Made by a program: the position numbers and the translations under genes. DNA of 64,000 nucleotides, taken from positions 21,710 to 85,709 of the forward strand of contig JALSKD010000016.1 in the NCBI GenBank assembly GCA_026989015.1, read 5' to 3'. Below the pieces are notes generated by a model. That model was not told the origin of the DNA. It saw only the letters and a program-made list of their open reading frames with translations, and made no database searches. Within the stretch, counting starts at the first letter, position 1. The number at the start of each line of letters is the position of its first letter. This DNA is from Gammaproteobacteria bacterium. GTDB taxonomy: Bacteria; Pseudomonadota; Gammaproteobacteria; GCA-001735895. Below are positions 41,229 through 53,505 of this stretch, one piece after another.

Positions 41229-41925
41229 ACCGGCCCTCGTCCCAGCTCAGGTAGCTGGGACCGCGCCGGGTGCTCCAGTCGCCCAGCACGATGCGTTGCC
41301 GCTTGCCGTCGTGGTGCATGCCGGGGCGGTGGGTATGGCCGTGGATCAGCGTGTTCACGCCCAGCGCGTCCATCGTCTGCGCCACCGTCTGCGGGTTCAC
41401 ATCCATGATCGTCATCGCCTTGCCCGACATCGCCTGCTGGCTGTGCGCGCGCAATCCGTCGGCGATGGCCTGCCGCTGTGCCAGCGGTTGCGCCAGAAAC
41501 TGCCGCTGCCAGTCCGCGTCGCGGACCTGGGCGCGGAACGCCAGATAGTCCACATCGTCGCTGCACAGCAGGTCGCCGTGCATCAGCGCCACCGGCTCGC
41601 CACCGAGGTCGAGCACGAAGGGGTCGGGCAGGATGTCGAAACCGATGCGCCGGGCCAGCGCCTCGCCGACCAGAAAGTCACGGTTGCCGGCCATGAAGAA
41701 CAGATCATGCCTTTCGGCGTAGCGGGTGAGGGCTTCGAACAGAGGGGCGAATTCCGCGGCCGGATCATCGTCGCCCAGCCACACCTCGAACAGGTCCCCC
41801 AGAATGTACAAGACCCGGGCGCGGGAGGCCCGGGTCTCGAGGAAGTCGATGAAGCAACGGGTGAGTTCCGGCTGCTGCCGATCCAGGTGCAGATCAGAGA
41901 CGAACAGGATCTCGCCGCCGTTCAC
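41203..41925 (-). CDS. lpxH: UDP-2,3-diacylglucosamine diphosphatase
   Basis: ILFVSDLHL...GDLFEVW...GNRD calcineurin-like motifs. Confidence 0.85.
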   Translation of the reverse strand: MNGGEILFVSDLHLDRQQPELTRCFIDFLETRASRARVLYILGDLFEVWLGDDDPAAEFAPLFEALTRYAERHDLFFMAGNRDFLVGEALARRIGFDILPDPFVLDLGGEPVALMHGDLLCSDDVDYLAFRAQVRDADWQRQFLAQPLAQRQAIADGLRAHSQQAMSGKAMTIMDVNPQTVAQTMDALGVNTLIHGHTHRPGMHHDGKRQRIVLGDWSTRRGPSYLSWDEGRFTLTDPRC

Positions 41926-41926
41926 C

Positions 41927-42535
41927 TTACTTGCGGCGGATGGTCTTGATGGTCACCGTCTCCAGCGGTACATCCTGATGGCCGCCCTTGTTGCCGGTGG
42001 GCATGGCGGCAATCGCGTCCACCACATCCATGCCGTCGACCACCTTGCCGAATACGGCGTAGCCCCAGCCCTGCATCGACTCGTTGCGGAAGTTGAGGAA
42101 GTCGTTGTCCTTGAGGTTGATGAAGAACTGGGAGGTGGCCGAGTGCGGATCGTTGGTGCGCGCCATGGCGATGGTGCCGCGGTCGTTCTTGAGCCCGTTG
42201 TTGGCCTCGTTCTCGATCGGCGCGCGGTTGCTGGGCTTGTCGCGCATGTCGGCGGTCAGGCCACCGCCCTGGATCATGAAGCCGGGGATCACTCGGTGGA
42301 AGATGGTGTCGTCGAAATAGCCGTCATCCACATAGGCCAGGAAGTTGGCGGTGGTGTTGGGCGCGTTTTTTGCGTCCAGTTCGACGGTGATGTTCCCGGC
42401 CGAGGTCTCGATGACCACCTGCGGGTTTTCGCTGGATTCAGTGCTCATGTTTTTTTCGCCTTTGACAGTGGTAAAAAGTACAAGTGACAAGATGGCCGCC
42501 AGTACGACGGACAATGACTTGATGTGCTGTTTCAT
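41927..42535 (-). CDS. ppiA: Periplasmic cyclophilin-type peptidyl-prolyl isomerase
   Basis: ...[14 protein letters not shown]... motif; signal peptide from [11 protein letters not shown]. Confidence 0.85.
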   Translation of the reverse strand: MKQHIKSLSVVLAAILSLVLFTTVKGEKNMSTESSENPQVVIETSAGNITVELDAKNAPNTTANFLAYVDDGYFDDTIFHRVIPGFMIQGGGLTADMRDKPSNRAPIENEANNGLKNDRGTIAMARTNDPHSATSQFFINLKDNDFLNFRNESMQGWGYAVFGKVVDGMDVVDAIAAMPTGNKGGHQDVPLETVTIKTIRRK

Positions 42536-42684
42536 TCGGCAATCCCGTGTCGTTAGCTGTCCAATGGCGCGCATTCTAACCGATATGTCGGGCCGGGTGC
42601 AGCGTTTTGAGGGAGCGGCTCATGCATTTTCACGCGCCCTCCAGTACACTGCCGGCTTCCGTACAACCGACCGTTACCGACGCC

Positions 42685-44067
42685 ATGCTCAAGATCCACA
42701 ACAGCCTGACCCGCCGCAAGGAAGACTTCGTGCCCATCGACGAAGGCAGGGTGCGCATGTATGTCTGCGGAATGACGGTGTACGATTACTGCCATATCGG
42801 CCATGCGCGGGTGCTGGTGGTGTTCGATGTGGTGTACCGTTTTCTGCGTCACCTCGGTTATGACGTGACCTATATCCGCAATATCACCGACATCGACGAC
42901 AAGATCATCCAGCGCGCGCTGGAGAATGGCGAGGATTTCCAGCAGCTGACCCAGCGCTTCATCGAGGCCATGCACGAGGACGCCGACGCCCTGGGAGTGC
43001 TGCGCCCGGACAACGAGCCGCGGGCCACCGACCACATCGACAGCATCCAGCGCATGATCGAAGGCCTGATCCAGCGCGGCTGCGCCTACCGCGCCGACAA
43101 CGGTGATGTCTATTTCTCGGTGTCCAGCTTCCCGGACTACGGCAAGCTCTCCGGCAAGCGGCTCGAAGACCTGCGCGCCGGTGAACGGGTGGAAGTGGAC
43201 CCCAACAAGCGGGATCCGCTGGATTTCGTGCTGTGGAAGGCAGCCAAGCCCGACGAGCCTCAGTGGGAAGCACCCTGGGGCGCGGGTCGTCCCGGCTGGC
43301 ACATCGAGTGCTCGGCCATGTCCACCGAGTTGCTGGGGCCGCATTTCGACATACACGGCGGCGGCCAGGACCTGCAATTCCCTCATCATGAAAACGAGAT
43401 CGCCCAAAGTGAATGCTGCACCGGCGAAACCTTCGTCAACTACTGGATGCACAACGGCTTTGTGCGTGTCAACGAAGAGAAGATGTCCAAATCCCTGGGC
43501 AATTTCTTCACCCTGCGCGATGTGCTCAAGGTCTACCGTGCCGAGGAGATACGGTATTTCATCCTTGGCAGCCACTACCGCAGCCCCCTCAACTATTCCG
43601 AGCAGCAGCTGGACCTTGCCCGTTCGGCGCTGGAACGACTGTACACCGCGTTGCTGGATGTGGCCATCGGCGAGCCGCCGGCTGAAAGCCCCTGGCGTGA
43701 GCGTTTCGAACAGGCCTTGTGTGATGATTTCAATACCGCCGATGCGCTGGCGGTGCTGTTCGAACTGGCGCGCGTGCTGAACAAGTCCAAGGACGAGGGG
43801 CGCGATGATGCGCCGGCCCTGGCGGGGCTGTTGCGGCAACTGGGCGGCATCATCGGGTTGTTGCAGGCGGATCCGGCCGAATACCTCAAATCCGGGGTCG
43901 GTGAGCCGGCGCTGGACGATGCCGCCATCGATGCACTGGTAGCCGAGCGCGCGGCGGCCAAGCAGAACCGGGATTGGGCGCGCGCCGACGCCATCCGCGA
44001 CCGGCTCGCCGAGGCCGGCATCCAGCTGGAGGATGGCCCGGAAGGCACCCGCTGGCGCCGCGGCTGA
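42685..44067 (+). CDS. cysS: Cysteine--tRNA ligase
   Basis: [15 protein letters not shown]...[15 protein letters not shown]; KMSKS. Confidence 0.9.
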   Translation: MLKIHNSLTRRKEDFVPIDEGRVRMYVCGMTVYDYCHIGHARVLVVFDVVYRFLRHLGYDVTYIRNITDIDDKIIQRALENGEDFQQLTQRFIEAMHEDADALGVLRPDNEPRATDHIDSIQRMIEGLIQRGCAYRADNGDVYFSVSSFPDYGKLSGKRLEDLRAGERVEVDPNKRDPLDFVLWKAAKPDEPQWEAPWGAGRPGWHIECSAMSTELLGPHFDIHGGGQDLQFPHHENEIAQSECCTGETFVNYWMHNGFVRVNEEKMSKSLGNFFTLRDVLKVYRAEEIRYFILGSHYRSPLNYSEQQLDLARSALERLYTALLDVAIGEPPAESPWRERFEQALCDDFNTADALAVLFELARVLNKSKDEGRDDAPALAGLLRQLGGIIGLLQADPAEYLKSGVGEPALDDAAIDALVAERAAAKQNRDWARADAIRDRLAEAGIQLEDGPEGTRWRRG

Positions 44068-45468
44068 TCAGCCGGCTTCTTCGCCAGTGTTGCGAAAACG
44101 GCGCAGTACCGGCAGCAGCACCTGCTGCAGGTTGTCCACGGTCTTCTGTTTCGACAGCCGCTCGCAGGCTTTGAACAGAGCCTTGCGCTCGGCTTCGTCG
44201 AGGTCCTCGAGGATCGGCTTCCAGTCTGGCGGTTCGAGCCGTATGGCTTCGCGGCGGGCATGACTGCGCCGTTCCAGCTGTGCCAGCAGCCAGCCAAAGC
44301 GGCCGATCAGCACAAACGGGAAATTGCGGTCGGAAAGGGGGCCAGCGCAGACTTGCCAACGGCCTCCGGCAATCAGGCTCAGGCGTGTGTTCTCGAGCTT
44401 GTTGCTGCCCAGCCAGGCGCTGCCCAGGCCAGCAAGCCCTCCGATTACCGCGCCAGCCATCAGGCTGTGCCCGAGCAGACCGGCATCGATGACCGCGCCG
44501 GCTCCGGCACCAGTACCGGCGGCCGCAGCATAGATCTGGCGGCGATTCAGGCCCCAAAGTTGCCATTGGCTCTCGTCCAGCAGATCCGCTGGCGGCTGCA
44601 GCTGGCGTACTTCCAGGTCAGTCTGCTTGAAACGGTAGAGCTGGAGCAATCTTCCGAAGGCCTTGCGTTCTCCCTCGGCCAGAACCTTGCGGTAACTGGA
44701 CTGCACCTCGCTGCGGGCCACAGGGATCAGTGTGCGGTCGATGACGGAAGTGCAGGCGTCGAGTGTGCAGGCTTCATCCAGCCACAAGGCGAGCTGACCG
44801 GCGGCCTCCCGCAGCCGCTGTTCGGGCTCTTCCTCAATGGCGCGTGCAATGGCCTCGAGTTCCACGTGCCAGGCCGGCTGCAGGTGCGCGAAGGCCTGCA
44901 GCAACCGCGCCTGCAGTTCGGGGCGCGGCTGCATCGGGTCGAATACCCGCACCAGGCGGAAATACTGCTGCAGGGCCTGCTCCCATTCCTCCACATGCGC
45001 CTGGCTTTCGATCGGGTTGATCAGTGCCATGCTGGGCTGGCCGCTCCAGCGCAGGATCTCCATTTCCGCCTCGTAGTCCGGGCTGTAGGGCCGGGAGCCA
45101 TCCACCACATAGAGAATGGCCGCGCCCTGGACGATCGGCCGCAACAGTTCGGTTTCGTCAGGGAAACGCGCCCGGCAGTCCGGGTCGTCCACGAAGGCGG
45201 CCACGGCACGGGCGCGTTGTTCCGCGCTGTACGCGTGTTGCCGCAGCCATTCGAGCACCGCGCGCGGACGCTGGAAGCCGGGTGTGTCAACCAGGCGGTA
45301 GCTGCCGCCACTGTTTTCAAAGATCCAGTTCTCCGCGCGTTCGGTGGTGCCCGAGCGCGGCGAGATGGCTATGCGGTCGTCGCGCGCCAGTGCAGCCACG
45401 ATCGACGACTTGCCCTTGTTGGGGTGGCCGACCACGGCGAATACGGGTTGCAGGGCTGGGCGGGTCAT
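44068..45468 (-). CDS. GTPase with C-terminal DUF3482 domain
   Basis: P-loop GHPNKGKSS and DTPG motifs; ATGA overlap with the upstream DUF2868 gene. Confidence 0.65.
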   Translation of the reverse strand: MTRPALQPVFAVVGHPNKGKSSIVAALARDDRIAISPRSGTTERAENWIFENSGGSYRLVDTPGFQRPRAVLEWLRQHAYSAEQRARAVAAFVDDPDCRARFPDETELLRPIVQGAAILYVVDGSRPYSPDYEAEMEILRWSGQPSMALINPIESQAHVEEWEQALQQYFRLVRVFDPMQPRPELQARLLQAFAHLQPAWHVELEAIARAIEEEPEQRLREAAGQLALWLDEACTLDACTSVIDRTLIPVARSEVQSSYRKVLAEGERKAFGRLLQLYRFKQTDLEVRQLQPPADLLDESQWQLWGLNRRQIYAAAAGTGAGAGAVIDAGLLGHSLMAGAVIGGLAGLGSAWLGSNKLENTRLSLIAGGRWQVCAGPLSDRNFPFVLIGRFGWLLAQLERRSHARREAIRLEPPDWKPILEDLDEAERKALFKACERLSKQKTVDNLQQVLLPVLRRFRNTGEEAG

Positions 45469-46532
45469 TGCGGCGGCTCCCAGCGCAGCACGCGCCATGG
45501 CCCAAGCTCGGCGGCAAAGCGGCGCCATTCGTCGAGGTGCTGCGCGCGCAGCGGACGCAGCCGTTCGCCTTCCCAGTCCAGCGGCAGCAACAGCCCCTGC
45601 CGTGATCGCAGCCGGTCCGCCAGCTCGCCCATGGGCGGTTCCCAGGCACGCACCACCACCACCAGTTGCTGTCCGTCGGAGGGCGGTTCATCCATCGGCA
45701 GCGGGGTCTGCGGCAGGCGTTCGGCGATGGCGGCCGGCAACCAGGCGGCATCCAGCCATTGGCTTTCCGCCGGCCAGTCTTCGACCGTGTGCGGCAGTTG
45801 GGGGCTGTCTTTTGCCTGGGTGAAACCGGGCGGCCGGTCGCCATCCTGCAGGCGGCGTTCAAGGTATCGCGACGCCCAGAAGGCCAGCAGCAGGCGAGGG
45901 ATCAGCGCATAACAGAGCTGGGCGGCGAGCAGGAACGGCCACCAGCTGCCGAGCGGCAACGGCACGGCGGTATCCCCGATCCGTGAATCCCGGCTCCGCG
46001 CCAGCAGCTCCAGAGAGGGTTGCGCGGCGTCCCAGAACGACCAGGGCGTGGCGATGAAACGCAGCACCGGTTCGAGGTCGCCGGCATCGAGCAGTGTGCT
46101 GCGCCAGACGAAATGCAGGTCGGTGAACAGCAGCAACAGGCCCAGCGCCAGCAGATTGCCGGCACTGAAGCCCACCGCCAGCCATTGTCCGCCATAGAAC
46201 AGCCACCAGAAGGCCTCTCCGGCCACACGCCAGCGCCTCAGTTGCCGCTTCCAGGTTGCGGGCAGAAACGGCAGCGCGCGCCACAGGGCGGCCATGCCCC
46301 GGTCCTTGTGGCGCAGCAGCGCGAACAGGGAAAACAGCAGCGTGAGCAGCGGCAACAGAGCCAGCAGGGCCAGCGCCGCGAGTATGTTGACCTGTCCTTG
46401 ATCATCGCCTTTCAGTAACGGCCAACCCAGCAGAAACCCGGCCACCAGGCCGATGACCAGGAAAATCCGGAGGACCGAGGCGGGAGAGGGCGAGGCGAGT
46501 GGCTTCTGCAAGACCGTGTTGGATGTCGACAT
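45465..46532 (-). CDS. DUF2868-family membrane protein (partner of DUF3482 GTPase)
   Basis: Multi-TM N-terminal half; a conserved two-gene pairing. Confidence 0.55.
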   Translation of the reverse strand: MSTSNTVLQKPLASPSPASVLRIFLVIGLVAGFLLGWPLLKGDDQGQVNILAALALLALLPLLTLLFSLFALLRHKDRGMAALWRALPFLPATWKRQLRRWRVAGEAFWWLFYGGQWLAVGFSAGNLLALGLLLLFTDLHFVWRSTLLDAGDLEPVLRFIATPWSFWDAAQPSLELLARSRDSRIGDTAVPLPLGSWWPFLLAAQLCYALIPRLLLAFWASRYLERRLQDGDRPPGFTQAKDSPQLPHTVEDWPAESQWLDAAWLPAAIAERLPQTPLPMDEPPSDGQQLVVVVRAWEPPMGELADRLRSRQGLLLPLDWEGERLRPLRAQHLDEWRRFAAELGPWRVLRWEPPQ

Positions 46533-46668
46533 AAGGCCACGGCATTATCGCCGATGCAGCCGCGCTTTGCACACGCAGGCAGCGGACCCGAAGGACGGGA
46601 AAAGGCCGATTGACGGGTTTTGCCGATCTGCGTAGAATACCGCGCCTTGTCGATCTCGATCGGCGGAT

Positions 46669-46745
46669 CGGGGTGTAGCGCAGCCTGGTAGCGCAACTGC
46701 TTTGGGAGCAGTGGGTCGGGGGTTCGAATCCCTCCACCCCGACCA
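46669..46745 (+). tRNA. tRNA-Pro (anticodon TGG)
   Basis: CGGGGTGTAGCGCAGCCTGGTAGCGC...; anticodon loop TTTGGGA; T-arm GGTTCGAATCC. Confidence 0.85.
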
Positions 46746-46862
46746 GTTATCAATGGGTGCGAAACCCGCTAGAATCATGGTTCGGTCCGCGGGTAAGCGT
46801 GTGCACTGTTCCGGGGGATTTTGCGAGGAGGGATGCGAACCCGGCATCGGTTGGGTTATTCT

Positions 46863-46939
46863 GCGCCCGTAGCTCATCTGGATAGAGCATCGGCCTTCTA
46901 AGCCGAGGGTAGCAGGTTCGAATCCTGCCGGGCGTGCCA
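46863..46939 (+). tRNA. tRNA-Arg (anticodon TCT)
   Basis: GCGCCCGTAGCTCATCTGGATAGAGC...; anticodon loop CTTCTAA; 3' end GCCA. Confidence 0.85.
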
Positions 46940-46966
46940 AGCAGTACAGCAGTTTTTTACAATATG

Positions 46967-47043
46967 GTGGGCGTAGCTCAGTTGGTAGAGCACAAGATTG
47001 TGGCTCTTGTGGTCGTGGGTTCGATTCCCATCGTCCACCCCAT
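46967..47043 (+). tRNA. tRNA-His (anticodon GTG) with extra 5' G(-1)
   Basis: GGTGGGCGTAGCTCAGTTGGTAGAGC...; anticodon loop TTGTGGC; ends ...CCACCCCA. Confidence 0.85.
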
Positions 47044-47210
47044 ATTCAGCTCAGGCCCGGCGTCCGGTACGCCGGGCCGATGGATCACCGGCCGGACCGT
47101 TGGTGCCGATTCCGACGTATCAATGCATGGCCAACGGAGTTGTCCATAGATCGGAGCAGTCCCGGGCGAAACGCCAGTAGTGCCGCGATCGGTCCGCACC
47201 GGCGCAGCTT

Positions 47211-47297
<87 letters not shown>

Positions 47298-47332
47298 TCT
47301 TCATCCACCCCCAATCATCACGAGTTTTTATC

Positions 47333-48640
47333 ATGCAAGTATCCATTGAACCCCTCGAAGGCCTGCAACGCAAAATGACGATTTCGCTGCCGGCCGAGCA
47401 GGTCGACAGCGCCATCGACAGGAAGTTGAAGGAGCTCAGCCGCACGATCCGTCTCGACGGTTTCCGTCCCGGCAAGGTGCCGGTCAGTATCGTGCGCCAG
47501 AAGTATGGCCCCGCGGTCCGCGAGGAAGTGATCGGTGACCTGATCGAATCCTCCTACCGCGAGGCGCTGGTGCAGGAAGATGTGCGTCCGGCCGGCCCTC
47601 CGAAGATCGAGGCGATGGACAATAATGAGGATACATCCTCGCTGAGCTTTGCCGCCATTTTCGAGGTGTATCCGGAGGTGGGGAAGGTCGAGCTGGAATC
47701 GGTGGAAGTGGAAAAGCCGGTAGTCGAGATCACCGACGAAGACCTGGACACGATGATCGAGAAGCTGCGTGAACAGCGCCGCGAATGGAAAGAGGTGGAC
47801 CGCGAGGCCCGTGAAGGCGATCAGGTGATGGTCGATTACGAAGGCCGCATCGATGGTGAGGCCTTCGAAGGCGGCAGTGGTGAGAACATGGCCGTCGAGC
47901 TGGGCGCCGGGCGCATGCTCAAGGAGTTCGAGGACGGCCTGGTGGGCATGAAGGCCGGGGACGAGAAAACCGTCGATGTATCCTTCCCCGAGGATTATCA
48001 CGGCAAGGAGGTGGCCGGAAAGACGGCCCAGTTCACCCTCAAGGTGAAGCAGGTGTCCGAGCCCCGGCTGCCCGAGCTGGATGCCGACCTGATCAAGTCC
48101 TTTGGCGTCGAGAGCGGCGAGATCGAGGACTTCCGCAAGGATGTGAAGGCCAACATGGAGAAGGAGCTGGCCAACAAGATCAAGGTCAAGGTCAAGAACG
48201 CGGTGATGGCCGCGCTGCTGGAGAAGAACGAGGTGCCGGCCCCGAGCGCAATGGTGAGCGACGAGATCCGCAACCTGAAACTGCAAATGGCGCAGAACAT
48301 GGGTCAGGATCCGGCCAAGATGGATCTCGACAGCTTCCCGGACGAACTGTTCAGGGACGAGGCCGAGAAGCGCGTCAAGCTGGGCCTGCTGGTCGGCGAG
48401 CTGATCAAGAGCGAGGGCATGCAGACCGATCCGGAACGCTTCCGCGAGACCCTGGAAGACATGGCCTCGGCCTACGAGGATCCGCAGCAGGTGATCGAGT
48501 ACTACAGCAAAAATCCCGAAGCCCGTACCAGCCTCGAGGGTCTGGTGCTGGAAGACCAGGTCGTGGACCTGATTCTCGATCGCGCCAAGGTGACCGAGAA
48601 GCCCTACGGCTTCGAGGAAATGATGAACCAGCAGGGCTGA
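47333..48640 (+). CDS. tig: Trigger factor
   Basis: MQVSIEPLEGLQRKMTISLPAEQ...; the ORF-track start at 47180 runs through the tRNA-Leu. Confidence 0.9.
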   Translation: MQVSIEPLEGLQRKMTISLPAEQVDSAIDRKLKELSRTIRLDGFRPGKVPVSIVRQKYGPAVREEVIGDLIESSYREALVQEDVRPAGPPKIEAMDNNEDTSSLSFAAIFEVYPEVGKVELESVEVEKPVVEITDEDLDTMIEKLREQRREWKEVDREAREGDQVMVDYEGRIDGEAFEGGSGENMAVELGAGRMLKEFEDGLVGMKAGDEKTVDVSFPEDYHGKEVAGKTAQFTLKVKQVSEPRLPELDADLIKSFGVESGEIEDFRKDVKANMEKELANKIKVKVKNAVMAALLEKNEVPAPSAMVSDEIRNLKLQMAQNMGQDPAKMDLDSFPDELFRDEAEKRVKLGLLVGELIKSEGMQTDPERFRETLEDMASAYEDPQQVIEYYSKNPEARTSLEGLVLEDQVVDLILDRAKVTEKPYGFEEMMNQQG

Positions 48641-48661
48641 GCCCCAAGGAGACGATGACGC

Positions 48662-49300
48662 ATGTCACGAATTGACGAAATCGGAATGCCCCAGCCGCTT
48701 CAGGCCAACCTGGTGCCGATGGTGGTGGAACAGAGCTCGCGCGGCGAGCGCGCCTACGATATCTATTCGCGCCTGCTCAAGGAGCGGGTGATCTTCGTGG
48801 TCGGCCCCATCGAGGATCACATGGCCAACCTGATCGTGGCCCAGTTGTTGTATCTGGAATCGGAAAACCCCGACAAGGACATCTCGCTGTACATCAACAG
48901 CCCTGGCGGCGTGGTCACCGCCGGCCTGGCCATCTACGATACCATGCAGTTCATCAAGCCCGATGTCAGCACCCTGTGCATCGGCCAGGCGGCCAGCATG
49001 GGCGCCATCCTGCTCGCCGGCGGAGCGGCCGGCAAGCGCTACGGACTGCCTCACTCGCGGGTGATGATCCATCAGCCGCTGGGCGGGTTCCAGGGACAGG
49101 CCACCGATTTCGAGATCCACGCCCGGGAGATTCTCGCCACCCGGGAACGCCTCAACCGACTGCTCGCCGCCCACACCGGCAAGGATGTATCCGTCATTGC
49201 CGAGGATACCGAGCGCGACAACTTCATGAGCGCCGAAGAATCGGTGGAATACGGCCTGATCGATCAGGTTTTGACCTCGCGTGCCGATCCATCCGAGTGA
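48662..49300 (+). CDS. clpP: ATP-dependent Clp protease proteolytic subunit
   Basis: GQAASMGA / HQPLGG catalytic motifs. Confidence 0.9.
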   Translation: MSRIDEIGMPQPLQANLVPMVVEQSSRGERAYDIYSRLLKERVIFVVGPIEDHMANLIVAQLLYLESENPDKDISLYINSPGGVVTAGLAIYDTMQFIKPDVSTLCIGQAASMGAILLAGGAAGKRYGLPHSRVMIHQPLGGFQGQATDFEIHAREILATRERLNRLLAAHTGKDVSVIAEDTERDNFMSAEESVEYGLIDQVLTSRADPSE

Positions 49301-49405
49301 CGGCGGCCACATTCGGCCATATCCGACGGTTTGTGGGTGGTTGTCTGGGCCCGCAGCGTCTAATATCATCGGTACGAACACCGCAAGCGAGCCAGGATTT
49401 CAGCA

Positions 49406-50677
49406 ATGAGTGACGACAAGACCCCGAGCAAAGACGAGAAACTGCTGTATTGTTCCTTCTGCGGCAAGAGTCAACACGAGGTCAAGAAGCTCATTGCCGG
49501 CCCGTCGGTGTTCATTTGCGATGAGTGTGTCGATCTGTGCAACGACATCATCCGCGAGGAGATTCAGGAGAAGGGCGAGAACGGCAAGTCCAAGCTGCCC
49601 ACGCCGCATGAGATCAATCAGGTCCTCGATGATTATGTGATCGGCCAGGCGCGCGCCAAGAAAGTGCTGTCGGTGGCCGTGTACAACCACTACAAGCGGC
49701 TTGAGGTTGGCCATGTCAAGGACGATATCGAACTGTCCAAGTCCAACATCCTGTTGATCGGCCCCACCGGCAGCGGCAAGACCCTGCTGGCGGAGACCCT
49801 GGCGCGGTTGCTGAATGTGCCCTTCACCATCGCCGATGCCACCACCCTCACGGAGGCCGGCTATGTGGGCGAGGATGTGGAAAACATCATCCAGAAGCTG
49901 CTGCAGAAGTGTGACTACGATGTCGAGAAGGCGCAGACCGGCATCGTCTACATCGACGAGATCGACAAGATCTCCCGCAAGTCCGACAACCCCTCGATCA
50001 CCCGCGATGTCTCCGGTGAAGGCGTGCAGCAGGCGCTGCTGAAACTGATCGAAGGCACCATCGCCTCGGTGCCGCCCCAGGGCGGACGCAAGCACCCGCA
50101 ACAGGAGTTCCTGCAGGTGGATACCAGCAAGATCCTGTTCATCTGCGGCGGTGCCTTCGCCGGTCTCGACAAGGTCATCAAGGACCGTTCCGAGCGCGGT
50201 GGCATCGGCTTCTCCGCCGAAGTCAAGGCCAAGGAAGAGGATCGTCTGTTCGGCGAAGTCATCTCCGAGGTCGAACCCGAGGATCTGATCAAGTACGGGC
50301 TGATCCCCGAGTTTGTCGGCCGCCTGCCGGTAGTCGCCACCCTCGAGGAGCTGGACGAGGAGGCGTTGATCCGCATCCTTACCGAGCCCAAGAACGCCAT
50401 CACCAAGCAGTACCAGAAGATGTTCGAGATCGAGGGCTGCGAGATCGAGTTCCGCCCCGATGCGCTGCGCGCCGTAGCGGAGAAGGCCATGCAGCGCAAG
50501 ACCGGTGCGCGCGGACTGCGCACCATACTCGAGAATGTACTGCTCGATATCATGTATGACCTGCCGACCATGGAAAATGTCAGCAAGGTGGTGATCGACG
50601 CCGCCGTCATCGAGGGCGATGCCCAGCCGTTCATCATCTATGAAGGCGGCGAGATGCAGCGCGCTGCATCGGACTGA
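49406..50677 (+). CDS. clpX: ATP-dependent Clp protease ATP-binding subunit ClpX
   Basis: Zn-finger CSFCGKS...CDEC; Walker A GPTGSGKT. Confidence 0.95.
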   Translation: MSDDKTPSKDEKLLYCSFCGKSQHEVKKLIAGPSVFICDECVDLCNDIIREEIQEKGENGKSKLPTPHEINQVLDDYVIGQARAKKVLSVAVYNHYKRLEVGHVKDDIELSKSNILLIGPTGSGKTLLAETLARLLNVPFTIADATTLTEAGYVGEDVENIIQKLLQKCDYDVEKAQTGIVYIDEIDKISRKSDNPSITRDVSGEGVQQALLKLIEGTIASVPPQGGRKHPQQEFLQVDTSKILFICGGAFAGLDKVIKDRSERGGIGFSAEVKAKEEDRLFGEVISEVEPEDLIKYGLIPEFVGRLPVVATLEELDEEALIRILTEPKNAITKQYQKMFEIEGCEIEFRPDALRAVAEKAMQRKTGARGLRTILENVLLDIMYDLPTMENVSKVVIDAAVIEGDAQPFIIYEGGEMQRAASD

Positions 50678-50785
50678 ACCGTCCCGGGGAAGGCGCCCTG
50701 AGCGCCGCCTGATCACCGCCGCTGGGGTTGATTTCCGCATTTTCAACCCCACCTTATCCTCAATCGAAAACCTACTGAGGTCACT

Positions 50786-53221
50786 ATGTCAGATCAGGAA
50801 AACACCCCACTCACCGAAAGCAATCCCCAGCTCGTGCCGGTACTGCCGCTGCGCGATGTGGTGGTGTACCCGCACATGGTTATCCCGCTGTTCGTCGGCC
50901 GCGAAAAGTCGATCGAAGCGCTGGATGCCGCAATGAGCGACAACAAGAAGATCCTGTTGCTCGCTCAGAAGAACGCCGAAGTCGATGATCCCAAACCCGA
51001 GGATCTCTATTCCATCGGCACCCTCTCCACCATCCTGCAGATGCTCAAACTGCCCGATGGCACCATCAAGGTGCTGGTCGAAGGCGGTGAACGCGTGCAG
51101 GTGGACAGCCTGCTCGAGACCAACGGCTATTACTCCGCCGCGGCCCAGCCGCTGGAAGAGCCCGGCGCCATCGACGACCGCGAGGCCGAAGTGCTGATCC
51201 GTTCGGTACTCAACCTGTTCGACCAGTATGTCAAACTGAACAAGAAGGTGCCGCCGGAGATCCTGACTTCGCTGTCCGGTATCGACGACCCCAGTCGCCT
51301 TGCCGACACCATCTCGGCACACATGTCGCTGAAGCTCGACGAGAAGCAGGAGATCCTCGAGATCCGTGATCCGCGCGAACGCCTCGAGCACATCATGAGC
51401 AAGATCGAGGGCGAGATCGACCTGATGCACATCGAGAAGCGCATCCGTGGCCGTGTCAAGCAGCAGATGGAGAAGAGCCAGCGCGAGTACTACCTCAACG
51501 AGCAGATGAAGGCGATCCAGAAGGAACTGGGCGAGATGGACGATACGCCCAACGAGATCGAGGAGCTGGAGCGCAAGATCGAGGAATCCGGCATGTCGAA
51601 GGAGGCCCGCGAAAAAGCGGAATCCGAGCTCGGCAAGCTGAAGATGATGTCGCCCATGTCGGCCGAGGCCACCGTGGTGCGCAACTACATCGACTGGCTG
51701 GTCAGCGTGCCCTGGAAGAAGAAATCCAAGATCCGCCGCGATCTGGCCCGCGCCGAAGCCGTGCTCGAGGCCGACCATTACGGTCTGGAGAAGGTCAAGG
51801 AGCGCATTCTTGAGTACCTGGCCGTGCAGCAGCGCGTGAAGAAACTCAAGGGGCCGATTCTCTGTCTGGTGGGGCCTCCCGGCGTGGGCAAAACCTCGCT
51901 CGGTCGATCCATTGCGCGTGCCACCAATCGCAAGTTCGTCCGCATGTCGCTGGGCGGCGTGCGCGACGAGTCCGAGATCCGCGGGCATCGGCGCACCTAC
52001 ATCGGCTCGATGCCGGGCAAGATCATCCAGAACCTGGCCAAGGTCAAGGTGCGTAACCCGTTGTTCCTGCTCGACGAGATCGACAAGATGGCGATGGACT
52101 TCCGCGGCGATCCGGCTTCGGCCCTGCTCGAAGTGCTGGATCCCGAGCAGAATTCCACCTTCAACGACCACTACCTGGAAGTCGATTTCGACCTCTCCGA
52201 TGTGATGTTCGTGGCCACCGCCAACTCGATGAACATCCCCGGGCCGCTGCTCGACCGGATGGAGGTCATTCGCATCCCCGGCTACACCGAGGACGAGAAG
52301 CTGAACATCGCGCTGCGTTACCTGATTCCGAAACAGGTACGCGAGAACGGACTCAAGGAAGACGAGATCCACATCACCGAAAGCGCGGTGCGGGACATCA
52401 TCCGTCACTACACCCGCGAGGCGGGCGTGCGTGGTCTCGAGCGCGAAATCGCCAAGATCTGCCGCAAGGTGGTCAAGGATATTCTGCTCAAGCCGGCCAG
52501 GAAGAAGGTTACGGTCAGCGCCCGCAACATCGAGAAATACCTCGGCGTCAAGCGCTTCCGCTATGGCAAGGCCGATGAGAAAGACCAGATCGGTCAGGTC
52601 ACCGGCCTCGCCTGGACCGAGGTCGGTGGTGAACTGCTGACCATCGAGGCTGCCGTGGTGCCGGGCAAGGGCAAGTTCATCTATACCGGCCAGCTGGGCG
52701 ATGTGATGAAGGAGTCCATCCAGGCCGCGTTGACTGTCGTCCGCAGCCGTGCCACGGTGCTCGGCATTGCCGATGACTTCAACGAGAAACAGGACATCCA
52801 CATCCATGTTCCGGAAGGCGCCACGCCCAAGGACGGACCCAGTGCGGGCATTGCCATGTGCACGGCCCTGGTCTCGGCGCTGACCGACATCCCGGTCAAG
52901 GCCGAGGTGGCGATGACCGGCGAGATCACGCTGCGGGGCGAGGTACTGCCGATCGGCGGTCTCAAGGAAAAGTTGCTGGCGGCACACCGCGGGGGCATCA
53001 CTACCGTGATCATCCCCCAAGAGAACGAGAAGGACCTGGTGGAGATTCCGAAGAACATCAAGGACAAGCTCAAGATCATCCCCGTGCGCTGGATCGACGA
53101 GGTGCTGGATATCGCACTGGCTCACCGGCCGACCCCCCTTGCTGACACCCCGGAGGCGGCTCCGGCCGCAGACAAGGCGAAGAAGGGCAAGAAGGGCGGA
53201 GCCGGCGTCAGAGCGCACTAG
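50786..53221 (+). CDS. lon: Lon protease
   Basis: GPPGVGKTS; catalytic Ser in PKDGPSAG. Confidence 0.95.
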   Translation: MSDQENTPLTESNPQLVPVLPLRDVVVYPHMVIPLFVGREKSIEALDAAMSDNKKILLLAQKNAEVDDPKPEDLYSIGTLSTILQMLKLPDGTIKVLVEGGERVQVDSLLETNGYYSAAAQPLEEPGAIDDREAEVLIRSVLNLFDQYVKLNKKVPPEILTSLSGIDDPSRLADTISAHMSLKLDEKQEILEIRDPRERLEHIMSKIEGEIDLMHIEKRIRGRVKQQMEKSQREYYLNEQMKAIQKELGEMDDTPNEIEELERKIEESGMSKEAREKAESELGKLKMMSPMSAEATVVRNYIDWLVSVPWKKKSKIRRDLARAEAVLEADHYGLEKVKERILEYLAVQQRVKKLKGPILCLVGPPGVGKTSLGRSIARATNRKFVRMSLGGVRDESEIRGHRRTYIGSMPGKIIQNLAKVKVRNPLFLLDEIDKMAMDFRGDPASALLEVLDPEQNSTFNDHYLEVDFDLSDVMFVATANSMNIPGPLLDRMEVIRIPGYTEDEKLNIALRYLIPKQVRENGLKEDEIHITESAVRDIIRHYTREAGVRGLEREIAKICRKVVKDILLKPARKKVTVSARNIEKYLGVKRFRYGKADEKDQIGQVTGLAWTEVGGELLTIEAAVVPGKGKFIYTGQLGDVMKESIQAALTVVRSRATVLGIADDFNEKQDIHIHVPEGATPKDGPSAGIAMCTALVSALTDIPVKAEVAMTGEITLRGEVLPIGGLKEKLLAAHRGGITTVIIPQENEKDLVEIPKNIKDKLKIIPVRWIDEVLDIALAHRPTPLADTPEAAPAADKAKKGKKGGAGVRAH

Positions 53222-53246
53222 GTCGCCGTTTGTCAAGGCTCAAAGG

Positions 53247-53289
53247 CCCCGCAAGCCCGATTTCCCGGGCTTTCGGGGTCTGTTCTTTT
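53247..53289 (+). terminator. Intrinsic terminator after lon
   Basis: CCCCGCAAGCCCG-atttcc-CGGGCTTTCGGGG, then TCTGTTCTTTT. Confidence 0.5.
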
Positions 53290-53505
53290 CCCGTGCCTGA
53301 TGAAGCGCAAGTTTTTGTCTGAAACGGTCATTATTTGGTTGACCGGTATGGCCTCGATTGGTATAAATTCGCGCTCAAAGCCGAGGGTGGTATTCGTTGC
53401 GCTGCGGAGGAGCGGTCCTGTCAGGGGGTGCTGCAGCTGCTTGTGTTCGTATCACGACTCACTCGATTTGCCCGATATAAACTCACTAACCAATGGATAA
53501 AACGA

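Noticed and set aside
50789-53236. 815-aa minus ORF
   Set aside because: Antisense to lon.
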